From a virus (lineage: Duplodnaviria > Caudoviricetes), in IMG/VR virus record IMGVR_UViG_3300029288_000077, positions 64,001-128,000 of that record: a stretch of DNA of 64,000 bases; one strand, written 5' to 3'. A model generated the notes under the pieces. It had not been told where the DNA came from, did not search any database, and was given only the letters and a program-made list of their open reading frames with translations. How positions within the stretch are numbered: position 1 is the first letter of the stretch; every line of letters starts with the position of its first letter. Made by a program: the position numbers and the translations under genes. Of this stretch, positions 45,076-53,766 are shown piece by piece.

Positions 45076-45362
45076 TAATACAGCACCTTGTGTTTGGAGG
45101 TGTCCACCAATTCTATGTATATGCTTGAATTCATGGACTTTGCTAGTTTTACCATCATTCGAAGTGTGAGTTTGGCTGGGCTTATGGCTATGGCTCGCAA
45201 TTCCTTAACAGTCAATCCGAGTTCTTTTGATAGTATATCATAGTTGCACCGGCCGACTTCTTTTGATGCCTGTCTGAGTTTGTCTGTGGCATATGATATA
45301 GACTTATCCACTATCTGTTTGTTGATGTGATATAGTTCAATGTTGACCTCTTCCTCGGTCAT
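45075..45362 (-). CDS. XRE-like HTH protein
   Basis: LSKELGLT...LTLRMMVKLAKSM...IELV. Confidence 0.55.
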   Translation of the reverse strand: MTEEEVNIELYHINKQIVDKSISYATDKLRQASKEVGRCNYDILSKELGLTVKELRAIAISPAKLTLRMMVKLAKSMNSSIYIELVDTSKHKVLY

Positions 45363-45787
45363 GTATTCAGCCTCATTTTGGCTATGCCGTTACCGGTAGT
45401 AAACCACACGTCTCTGCACCCAAGCTCCCTTAGGTATGCAGAACAACACGGACACGGCTTGCTGTTTTTCAATATACCTTTCTTTGACATTCTGACATTC
45501 AAAACCTCCCAAGTCTTGTTTTGATTCAATATTCCTTTGGCTTTTCTGTAGGCATCAGTCTCTGAATGTATCTTTCCATATTTTGGGTATCCATGATAAA
45601 TCAAAGGATCAGCCGACCTATTGTAACCCACTTCTACTATAGCGTTGTCTTGTACCACAAAGGTGAAGTGTGCATGATACCTGATCTGCGGGTGTCTCTT
45701 CTCGAATATTTTCTTTCGAGCCCTGGCAACGCACTCGCGTATAACAGTATCCTTCATGCAGACTGGTTGTACTATTACTATGCTCAA
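45359..45787 (-). CDS. Cytidine/deoxycytidylate deaminase-fold protein
   Basis: GYN, IHSETDA, SKPCPCC, VWFTT; true start may be the internal Met (MKDTV). Confidence 0.75.
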   Translation of the reverse strand: MSIVIVQPVCMKDTVIRECVARARKKIFEKRHPQIRYHAHFTFVVQDNAIVEVGYNRSADPLIYHGYPKYGKIHSETDAYRKAKGILNQNKTWEVLNVRMSKKGILKNSKPCPCCSAYLRELGCRDVWFTTGNGIAKMRLNT

Positions 45788-45858
45788 TAGTAAATATACG
45801 AGGATTTATGATCTTGTTGCTGTGTTTGATTAAATTATTGTGAAAGGCGGGTAAATGC

Positions 45859-46254
45859 ATGGAAACCGTAAGTAATATCATAGACCAGGCATTTTTGAAA
45901 TCATTAGAAGAACGGATAGTTGCGTTTGTGCTAGATGACAACCACATTTACCTGTTCCTTGGTCTTATATCTATAATGGCGTTGCTTAGGTATGTACCAT
46001 ATTTTCAAAAAGTGGTTTTTACAGAGTCAAGAAAATGGTTAGCCGCTCCAATAAACGTAGCATTGAGCGTGGTTGGTGTATTTCTACTGAGTATGACGCC
46101 TGCTACCACCACGGGTTTGAAAATCGTGGTAGTTGCGGTTGAGTCTACGTTGGCAACCTTCTTGTATGAAGCAGCTCTGAAGAGACTCATTAGCATGGTA
46201 CAAAGTAGATTAGAAAAGTACAAGAATGGTGATGCTGCGCCGCCCACCGTATAA
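45859..46254 (+). CDS. Multi-TM membrane protein (holin candidate)
   Basis: Three hydrophobic segments, charged C-terminus, late-gene context. Confidence 0.5.
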   Translation: METVSNIIDQAFLKSLEERIVAFVLDDNHIYLFLGLISIMALLRYVPYFQKVVFTESRKWLAAPINVALSVVGVFLLSMTPATTTGLKIVVVAVESTLATFLYEAALKRLISMVQSRLEKYKNGDAAPPTV

Positions 46255-46275
46255 CCGAATGGTGTTGTGTAAGTA

Positions 46276-47193
46276 ATGTCCCCGCACTGGATCAGCCCCT
46301 TCCGCGTAAGAAGAGTAACCAACATACTTAGTTTTGGTGTTCGCCAGAACTATGAATTACTGAACACTGGCGGCGAGGCGATGTTTCTGTTGAAACGCAT
46401 GTCTCGCTCCAATGCCACTTTTCAATTAGCAGACAGACGAATAGATACCATCACACAAATAGCTTCCGGAGGGTCATTTAGTACCGACCCAGAGACTGGT
46501 GATTATCGGTGTAAGCTGTGGGGATCACACTCAGATCCAGACACAGCTTATCCAGATCTTGGTACTCTTACATGCACTGTTCAAGCCAGTGGCGGGGCAG
46601 CCGGTGTCTGGGATCCTGCCATAGATAAATATAGCTTCATATTAGGCGCGGAGGAGTATTCACCAGATATTTTTCAAAATCAAATCGAGTCTGACGGAAC
46701 AGAACTAGAAGATGCTGTGTATATTGTGTTTAATACGCCGCCATTTTCTTTGGATGATATAGCTATTTTTAATTATGGTACTATCAATCCACAGGTTAAA
46801 TTTAACAGGATGCAACCCATCATAGATAGTTATTCGGTATTCAAAGATTCACTGTTTTCGTATGAACAGTGGTTGGACCCAAATTCAAGGATAAGATCTA
46901 GAAAGCAACCCAATAGACTGTTGGTGGCGTTTCCTGGTACTTTGATGGATTTCAAGGTAACAGATGGTGGTCTTATTAGACAGATGCAAGATACCTATTG
47001 GACTGTGCCGCCTCCGTACGGACCAAAAGTTCAAGAACACGACATATTAGTTCGTGAAAGTTCAGGGCAGAGGTTTCAGATTATAGATTTAACACCGATT
47101 TATGTAGAAGATATATTAGTTTCACAGCACTTTTCGTTGAGTGAGTATGATCCAAAGTCGTCAGTGTATGATATAGAAGTGCAAACGGTGTGA
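46276..47193 (+). CDS. Head-closure/neck protein
   Basis: WTVPPPYGPKVQEHDILV...GQRFQI; upstream of sheath. Confidence 0.6.
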   Translation: MSPHWISPFRVRRVTNILSFGVRQNYELLNTGGEAMFLLKRMSRSNATFQLADRRIDTITQIASGGSFSTDPETGDYRCKLWGSHSDPDTAYPDLGTLTCTVQASGGAAGVWDPAIDKYSFILGAEEYSPDIFQNQIESDGTELEDAVYIVFNTPPFSLDDIAIFNYGTINPQVKFNRMQPIIDSYSVFKDSLFSYEQWLDPNSRIRSRKQPNRLLVAFPGTLMDFKVTDGGLIRQMQDTYWTVPPPYGPKVQEHDILVRESSGQRFQIIDLTPIYVEDILVSQHFSLSEYDPKSSVYDIEVQTV

Positions 47194-47194
47194 C

Positions 47195-47803
47195 ATGGCT
47201 TTAACTATGGTGTACAGAGGTATTGAGTTTATACGAGAATACGTAGCGTTATATTTGAAAGCAGCATTTATGGCAAATACTAAAGGTGCTGTAATATTTA
47301 CAGACGGAACCAACAAAATTACTTTCAGTAGAGAACCGCACGTGTCAGTTGCACAGGAGTGGGTTGAACGAGAAATACCATCAGTGTTGATTGGTAGTCC
47401 CAGCGGTGAATTCGGACTTAGAACTTTTGCCAATGATTTACTCAGGAATGATGACAACACAGAAGGAACGGGAAGTGCGTATAAATATACAGGTGGTGAT
47501 ATAGAGCTTACCCATGAAATAGTGATACGCTCCAAAACCGCCGCAGAACGTGATAGACTGGTTGATACTGTTTGTTTGTTGTTGTCACACCCAGATGCAC
47601 GTGCATTTTTTGGAAAACAGAACATAGCGGTACCTAAACCTCCTTCAATAGGTGGTTATAGGGAGATAAATGAACCAACCATAGATTATCCTATATATGA
47701 AGGTACTCTATCTTTTTATACGTGCGGATATTGGCAAGACAAAGAAGAGTTGGGTGAGAAACTGTTGGATATCATAGTCGAAGTAATAACATATATGGAA
47801 TGA
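47195..47803 (+). CDS. Tail completion/terminator protein
   Basis: EIPSVLI...IVIRSKTAAERDRLVD; directly before sheath. Confidence 0.65.
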   Translation: MALTMVYRGIEFIREYVALYLKAAFMANTKGAVIFTDGTNKITFSREPHVSVAQEWVEREIPSVLIGSPSGEFGLRTFANDLLRNDDNTEGTGSAYKYTGGDIELTHEIVIRSKTAAERDRLVDTVCLLLSHPDARAFFGKQNIAVPKPPSIGGYREINEPTIDYPIYEGTLSFYTCGYWQDKEELGEKLLDIIVEVITYME

Positions 47804-47877
47804 TGACTACGCCCATTAATAAAAAGAAGTTCTTTTGTGTGACAATGTAAACACGTAGTTTCTGAGGAGAGCAAACC

Positions 47878-49242
47878 ATGGCAGAACGAGTACCGGGCGT
47901 TATAACAACGATCACTGATGATACTGGTCGGATAGTGCCCCCCACCTTTAGACGGTACGTTACAATCATCGGTGTTGGAGATGCTTACAAGCTTATTCAG
48001 AACCGCAGAATGGTACGTGGTGCAGGCACCAACGACGCAATTCCTACCGTTACTCAAGTAAACACAATTGTGTCTGTTGGTGATTTACCAGGCATTTCAA
48101 AATATATTGATGGTGCCGACTATCAATTGTCTGGTGATGAAGTAGAATGGTTGGCTGGCGGTGATGAACCGGGTGCTGGTGATGCGTATTACCTAACTTT
48201 TACAGAGACTCGTCCGGCAAGCGCGTATCAGCCCATTCTATATTTCAATGACAACCTTGCAATTGCCAATCACGGCAACGTACTTATGACTACTGGTCAA
48301 ATCAATGATGTTACTAAAGGCGTGCAATTGGCTTTGGAAAACGGCGGTAAAGGTGTAATAGCTTTACAATTAGACTTGAGAGCTGCAGTCAATCCAAATG
48401 CACCAACCGGGCAGGAGCTGGAAAACGCTTTCTTGGCCTGTATTGACAAGCTAGAGCGCATTACTGATGCCAAGCTGTTAATGGTGGGCATGTCAAGCGG
48501 TGTTATGCAAACCGTGACTGCCGCCAATATCCTGTACAGTCATGCCATACTGGCTTCACAGCCAGAGCGCAAGCAATGGCGCACGGTGATGATGGCCATG
48601 CCTGCTGGTACTAGTTATTTGGAATTTGTGGCTGCACAAGCAGCGTATGCTAATTCACGGATGGTTGTTCCGGCCATACCTACGAATCTGTCTATGCCGG
48701 GTTTGCTTGGTACCTATGATTCTCGGTATTACTGTGCTGCGCTCGCAGGAAAGCTGCTGTCAGGTGGTGTAGGCGACACATATTACGATGAAATAATCTC
48801 TGGTATCACCTTTGGTGACTCTTACAACTACACGCCAGACGAATTAGAGTACTTGGTGCAACACAGTGTGTCCCCAGCCAAGTCCTTGTCTGGTGTGGTC
48901 AGAAACGTGGCCGCATTCACTACTGATGGAACCAGTGCACTTACTGAGGATTTGGGCGTACAAGATATCAAGGACTACACTGCGTATGCTTGGAACAAGA
49001 AGTTGTGGGAAGTATTTCGCAACAAGCGGTCTGCAATTGGTTTAGCTGGTGAGATAAAGTCTGCTTCTGAGAACTTCTTAGATACTTTTATTGATAAAGG
49101 TACCATAGCTAACCACAGAAATGTGGCTGCATACCAAGATATAACTGAACCGAGGAAGTATCGGGTTACTGGACAGATCTTGCCGGTGTTTGGTGTTGGG
49201 TGGATGGACGTTGACTTCGTGTTCTTTATGTCATTTGTATGA
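47878..49242 (+). CDS. Contractile tail sheath protein
   Basis: RVPGV N-terminus, HAILASQPERKQWR, CAALAG, DITEPRKYRV...PVFGVGWMDVDF. Confidence 0.9.
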   Translation: MAERVPGVITTITDDTGRIVPPTFRRYVTIIGVGDAYKLIQNRRMVRGAGTNDAIPTVTQVNTIVSVGDLPGISKYIDGADYQLSGDEVEWLAGGDEPGAGDAYYLTFTETRPASAYQPILYFNDNLAIANHGNVLMTTGQINDVTKGVQLALENGGKGVIALQLDLRAAVNPNAPTGQELENAFLACIDKLERITDAKLLMVGMSSGVMQTVTAANILYSHAILASQPERKQWRTVMMAMPAGTSYLEFVAAQAAYANSRMVVPAIPTNLSMPGLLGTYDSRYYCAALAGKLLSGGVGDTYYDEIISGITFGDSYNYTPDELEYLVQHSVSPAKSLSGVVRNVAAFTTDGTSALTEDLGVQDIKDYTAYAWNKKLWEVFRNKRSAIGLAGEIKSASENFLDTFIDKGTIANHRNVAAYQDITEPRKYRVTGQILPVFGVGWMDVDFVFFMSFV

Positions 49243-49260
49243 TAAACAAGGCGGTGATAC

Positions 49261-49725
49261 ATGGGATACCCACAAGTCAGTGTACCTGAAACCTCGAAAG
49301 TAGTTTCGTATGCTTACAGCATTACTGTGAATGGTGCTGCAATCGGCTCGTTTGAAAACTTTTCTTCACGTTCACAGCGTGTGGTCGAACGTGTACGCGA
49401 AATTTTATTTTCTCGTGGACCGGAAACAGTAGAGTTGCTGTGGGGCGGCACCGACACTAGCATCGACCTGCGATACGTGGAGATGTACGAAAAGTCGTGT
49501 TTTGAGGCCATTGGTTACCCAGTGTATGCTCTTGAGGACATGAATTTCCCAGTTACTATTATTGAAGTGATGAAGCTGCCAGACTCTATTGGTGGCATTC
49601 GTCAGATTGAATACATTGATGCTGTGTGTGAATCCTGGGGCAAGGAGCTTGAGGCTGGTGCGCCTAAAGTGGTTTCATCTATGACTTTCCAAATCAGGAA
49701 GGTGAAGGGTACCAGGCTCAGTTGA
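49261..49725 (+). CDS. Tail tube protein
   Basis: 154 aa after sheath; ITVNGAAIG...VERVREI. Confidence 0.85.
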   Translation: MGYPQVSVPETSKVVSYAYSITVNGAAIGSFENFSSRSQRVVERVREILFSRGPETVELLWGGTDTSIDLRYVEMYEKSCFEAIGYPVYALEDMNFPVTIIEVMKLPDSIGGIRQIEYIDAVCESWGKELEAGAPKVVSSMTFQIRKVKGTRLS

Positions 49726-49765
49726 TGCAATGTTTTCTTAGTACACGAAACGAACAGAGGATGAC

Positions 49766-50305
49766 ATGACCACTGAACCTTCCAAGTCTGACATCAGCAC
49801 ACCTAAAAGCAAAGACGCAGAATTTTTTAGAAACAAAAGCTTGGCTGCTATAGAAGATCTGTTCCGTGTGGGGTATACTGAATCGGGTGATATAGTTGTA
49901 TTTAGAGATGAGTCAAAAGAGATAGAAATTACAGCCAGATTTAGGACATTGACCCCTACCGAGATCAGAGACGTAGAGGAAATAGTTAGTAAGTATGAAT
50001 CTGCTGGTGCCAAAGGTGTTATGCAAGGTGTAGAAACACTGGCTCGTGCTATAATACACATCAACGGCAGACCACTTATATTACCGACCAACGAAGTTGA
50101 GGAGTTGAAAAAGCAAATAGGTAGAGAGCCTGACAGACTAGATCAGGCTCGGGAAATACTCCACAACAAAGTGCGAAGCTGGTATGTACTTGATGCGATG
50201 TTTGACGCGTACCAAGAGTTTACTGCTGAGCTGGACGGGTATTTTGAAGGTCTAAAAAAAAAGTTGAAGAGTCAACAGCCTTCCAGCTCGACTGGTCAAT
50301 CATAA
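49766..50305 (+). CDS. Tail assembly chaperone (G)
   Basis: FRTLTPTE...ETLARAIIHING; lies between tube and tape measure. Confidence 0.8.
   Translation: MTTEPSKSDISTPKSKDAEFFRNKSLAAIEDLFRVGYTESGDIVVFRDESKEIEITARFRTLTPTEIRDVEEIVSKYESAGAKGVMQGVETLARAIIHINGRPLILPTNEVEELKKQIGREPDRLDQAREILHNKVRSWYVLDAMFDAYQEFTAELDGYFEGLKKKLKSQQPSSSTGQS
50254..50263 (+). other. Programmed -1 frameshift slippery site (A AAA AAG)
   Basis: CTA AAA AAA AAG; the -1 frame is open from 50263 to 50811. Confidence 0.85.
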
Positions 50306-50811
50306 GGTACTTCAAAGTACTGCCTACAGATCCAAACTTTCAAAATCTAAGCCCACTTCAAAAAATAATACTGTCTACATTCATACAACGTCAAGAGGGG
50401 TATGAATATGACTTACAAAAGGCCATGCTAAACCAGTTAAAGATGTACATACGTCCAGAAATGTACGTTGAAGAGTTTGGCTTGGGGGATGACAAGACAG
50501 GTAGAACCAATTCGGAGTTTGAACAGCACTCCCAAACGGCCAGGATGACTGGGAAGCCCTTACTATCCAAGGAGATGAAAGAGGCCGTCCGGAGGGCCTG
50601 GGAAGGCCGGGAAAGGGTAAGAGGAAAGTCGTGCCTGTTCCCCGACCTGCAACAGCCAAAACAACGCCCCGAAGCGCCACTGCCTGTTGGCGCGGTGCGT
50701 CAAATAGTGCTCGATCCGGATGGTAATGTAATACATGAAACGGTGGTTACACCGGATGCCCCTGCATCCGATAAAATAAAATCTGATGAAGAAGACACTC
50801 CACTAGGATAA
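50263..50811 (+). CDS. Tail chaperone frameshift extension (T part of GT)
   Basis: VEESTAFQLDWSIIRYFKVLPTDPNFQNLSPLQK... is continuous with the track ORF 50425..50811. Confidence 0.75.
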   Translation, partial: VEESTAFQLDWSIIRYFKVLPTDPNFQNLSPLQKIILSTFIQRQEGYEYDLQKAMLNQLKMYIRPEMYVEEFGLGDDKTGRTNSEFEQHSQTARMTGKPLLSKEMKEAVRRAWEGRERVRGKSCLFPDLQQPKQRPEAPLPVGAVRQIVLDPDGNVIHETVVTPDAPASDKIKSDEEDTPLG

Positions 50812-50818
50812 GTACTAT

Positions 50819-53041
50819 ATGGCTGGCGACGTATTTACCGTAGACACAAAAGCCTTTGCGCAGGCTAATGAATCCCTGAAATCTATGCAGGGTAGTACCG
50901 AGAAGGTACGCAAAGGTATGGGTGATGTAGTAAGTGCTCTGCAGCTACTTTCTAAGACACAACAAGAAATAAGCAAGTCAGCCATAGTAGACCCCAACGC
51001 AAGTAAGGTGGTGGCAGATTTACGCAAGCAGCTTGAAGCTGTGGGGGTACAGGCCAGAACTATAGCAATAGCATCTAACAAAGAAGTAATCAATTACCGG
51101 CAGTTGGGCATAATGGACAAGCTTAGGGTCATGATGCTGTCTGCGCAGTCTGACAAAAAGAAGCGGATGGTAATGTATGGCGGCCAGATGATAGAACTGG
51201 CTGCTAAAGAAAATTCATTATTAAAAGCGTCTGCTAGTTTGTGGAATAAGAGCAAGCAAAGCATAACTGGTGCTGTTCGTGGTGTTACAAGTTATGCCAC
51301 GTCTATGACAGGAGTAACGCTTTCTCTTACTGGTATAATAGCACTTTTGTTGGATATATACAACAAGAGTAACCGTATTGGTGCTATGAGCAGACAAATT
51401 ACAGCGCAGTGGGGCTCTACCAACACAGGCATGAAAACAGCCTCGCGTGCTATGGCAGACCTTAGAAGCAGTTTCTACATGACTGTTGATGCTGCAGGTA
51501 ATATAGCTACATCCATAGCCAGGTCCGGTTTTGAAGAGAAAAACCTGGCCACTATAGCTAAAGACGCTGCTGCCATAGAACTGCAACATGGCATAGCTGT
51601 ACAGGATCATGCACAGCAGGTTAAAAACTTGGCCACCAGTTATGGCATGACTGCCGATTCTTCCTCCATGCTGCTGCACTTTGTGCGCGAAACCAGCAAA
51701 ACGGTGCCTTACCTCAGCATGCAGGAAGTAAGTCAAGACATGGCTGAGTTGATACACTCTACTCGCGCATTCAACAGTGACCTGCTCGGCACCATTTCTA
51801 TGTACAATACTTTAGCAAGACAGGACATAGCCGAGAAACTTGGATTAGGGAAGATGCCTATTGACATGCGCCGCGACATGATAAAAACTGCCGCCGCATT
51901 TTCCCAGAACTTGAATAAGGGGTTGCAGGCAACACTTGGTGAAGGAAGGACAGCGGCAGAACGTATACTGAGTTTCCGCAAGATGGAAACGCCTGAGCAA
52001 TTCTCAAAGATGGCTGGGTTTATTACTAAGAGTACTGCTGGATTTAAAGGTGCCGAAAAAGAACTTGCTACTATGCAATTGCTGGAGGAGTTTGGGTTCA
52101 ACCAGGATGAAATGAACGCTACTTTAGCAGAAGCTTTTGCTGGTGGTGGGTTTGAGCCAGAAAATTTGCAGGCAGTGATGGATGAAATAGCTGCCTCACG
52201 CAAGGTAGCTGAAGACGCTCAAAAGAACGAAAAAACTGCTCGTGCTAAATTGTACAAGGATGCCGGTCGCATAGCATATGGTTTGGAAAGTCTTGAAGAT
52301 AAACTGAAGAGAGCCATCGAAAATTCGATGTTGGGTGCTGCTGGATGGAAAGACATACAAGCAAACTTGGAAAAGATAGCTTCGTGGGCTCTTGAGAACA
52401 TACCGAAGTTGTTTAGAGATGCTGTAGACTTGCTGTCAAACATACTTGATGTGTTGGATTTTGATAAGCACGACAAGAACATCGCAGAAGGAAAAAAGAC
52501 TATCGCAGGAACGATGGTATCTGAAGGTTTTGGTGCAACAGCAAAACAAGCACTTGGGCAATTCAAGCGCATTGAAACTCAATTGGTTGGTATTGGTCCA
52601 AAAGGCCCTGTAGCCATGACAAATTTGCAATCATTGATACAGGACATTAGACTTGATCCTAAGTCTGTAGAAGATATGGCTAATTCTTTGAAAGATGTGA
52701 TTCCAGAAATTGCCAGGATGCGTATTGGTGAAAAACGCGGACTTATTACAAATGTGGCCCTTTCACAGCTTGCTACCACTGGAGTTGGAAGCCACGCACA
52801 AGAACTTGGCGTACCACAAGCAAGTGAATTGGAGACGTTTGTAATAGCTTTGGCCAGGGGTGAAATGGCCACTGCCAACAAGATTCTGCGAGCGCAGCTC
52901 AGAGAAAAAGCAAACATCAGAGAACAAGTTACACAATTGCGCAGTGCTTATGCTAAACATCAAAGTGGTATGAACTTCTGGACAACCAGTCCAACAGAAG
53001 CCGCTGAGTTAGCGGTGGCTGAATTTAAAGGTAAAATGTAA
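50819..53041 (+). CDS. Tape measure protein
   Basis: 740 aa, Ala/Lys/Met-rich helical; canonical position. Confidence 0.85.
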   Translation: MAGDVFTVDTKAFAQANESLKSMQGSTEKVRKGMGDVVSALQLLSKTQQEISKSAIVDPNASKVVADLRKQLEAVGVQARTIAIASNKEVINYRQLGIMDKLRVMMLSAQSDKKKRMVMYGGQMIELAAKENSLLKASASLWNKSKQSITGAVRGVTSYATSMTGVTLSLTGIIALLLDIYNKSNRIGAMSRQITAQWGSTNTGMKTASRAMADLRSSFYMTVDAAGNIATSIARSGFEEKNLATIAKDAAAIELQHGIAVQDHAQQVKNLATSYGMTADSSSMLLHFVRETSKTVPYLSMQEVSQDMAELIHSTRAFNSDLLGTISMYNTLARQDIAEKLGLGKMPIDMRRDMIKTAAAFSQNLNKGLQATLGEGRTAAERILSFRKMETPEQFSKMAGFITKSTAGFKGAEKELATMQLLEEFGFNQDEMNATLAEAFAGGGFEPENLQAVMDEIAASRKVAEDAQKNEKTARAKLYKDAGRIAYGLESLEDKLKRAIENSMLGAAGWKDIQANLEKIASWALENIPKLFRDAVDLLSNILDVLDFDKHDKNIAEGKKTIAGTMVSEGFGATAKQALGQFKRIETQLVGIGPKGPVAMTNLQSLIQDIRLDPKSVEDMANSLKDVIPEIARMRIGEKRGLITNVALSQLATTGVGSHAQELGVPQASELETFVIALARGEMATANKILRAQLREKANIREQVTQLRSAYAKHQSGMNFWTTSPTEAAELAVAEFKGKM

Positions 53042-53043
53042 AT

Positions 53044-53754
53044 ATGGCTATAATAGATTCATTGGCTGATTTTGCTCCGTCCGTAAACCAGGAGCGCCTT
53101 ACTTTTAGGCGTTTTGATGGGTTGGAACTGGCCAAAGCTGCAGAAAAAGGTACAGTCATCAGTCCTAAGTATGTCACTACAGTAACCTTATTAATAAACC
53201 CTACTGAGTTGTCCTGGAGTAGCACAAAGCTCACCAACAAAGTGCCCTCAAACTCTCCTGGCAGATTTATTGTGTTTAATTGGGGGAACGATTTAGATAT
53301 GTTAAACATATCTGGTACCACAGGTAACATGGATCCTGCCACTTCCGTTGCTAATACCCCTGATCAATTGGCCAGTTTCGTGAATGGTCTGTCGGGTCAA
53401 GTTGTTGAAGGATTTCATTCACCAGAAGTGCATAAAGCAGAAGTACTAACGCTCAAAACATTAATAAAATCTTTTAACTATTTTCAGTTACTAGATATGT
53501 CCCCGAAGTATAGGACCTTTAAGAAGTTGCAAGAAATGTACAAAATATCTGATCCAGATTCAGATGTGGTTACGTTAGAGATGTGTGAACAAATTTATCG
53601 CGGGTACTTTTCAGAATTCCGTTTTCAAGTACAAGAGCGCATGCCTTGGGTGTGGACTTACAACATGAGCTTTATCATATTACAGGACTTGGCTTTGTTC
53701 GATCCTAAACAGGATGGAACCTTTCCAACAGGTGCTGATATTCGTACTAAGTGA
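53044..53754 (+). CDS. Tail tube initiator/baseplate protein
   Basis: LLINPTEL...WGNDLDMLNISGTTG...YRGYFSEFRF...PWVWTYNMSF. Confidence 0.7.
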   Translation: MAIIDSLADFAPSVNQERLTFRRFDGLELAKAAEKGTVISPKYVTTVTLLINPTELSWSSTKLTNKVPSNSPGRFIVFNWGNDLDMLNISGTTGNMDPATSVANTPDQLASFVNGLSGQVVEGFHSPEVHKAEVLTLKTLIKSFNYFQLLDMSPKYRTFKKLQEMYKISDPDSDVVTLEMCEQIYRGYFSEFRFQVQERMPWVWTYNMSFIILQDLALFDPKQDGTFPTGADIRTK

Positions 53755-53766
53755 GCAAATCACAGA

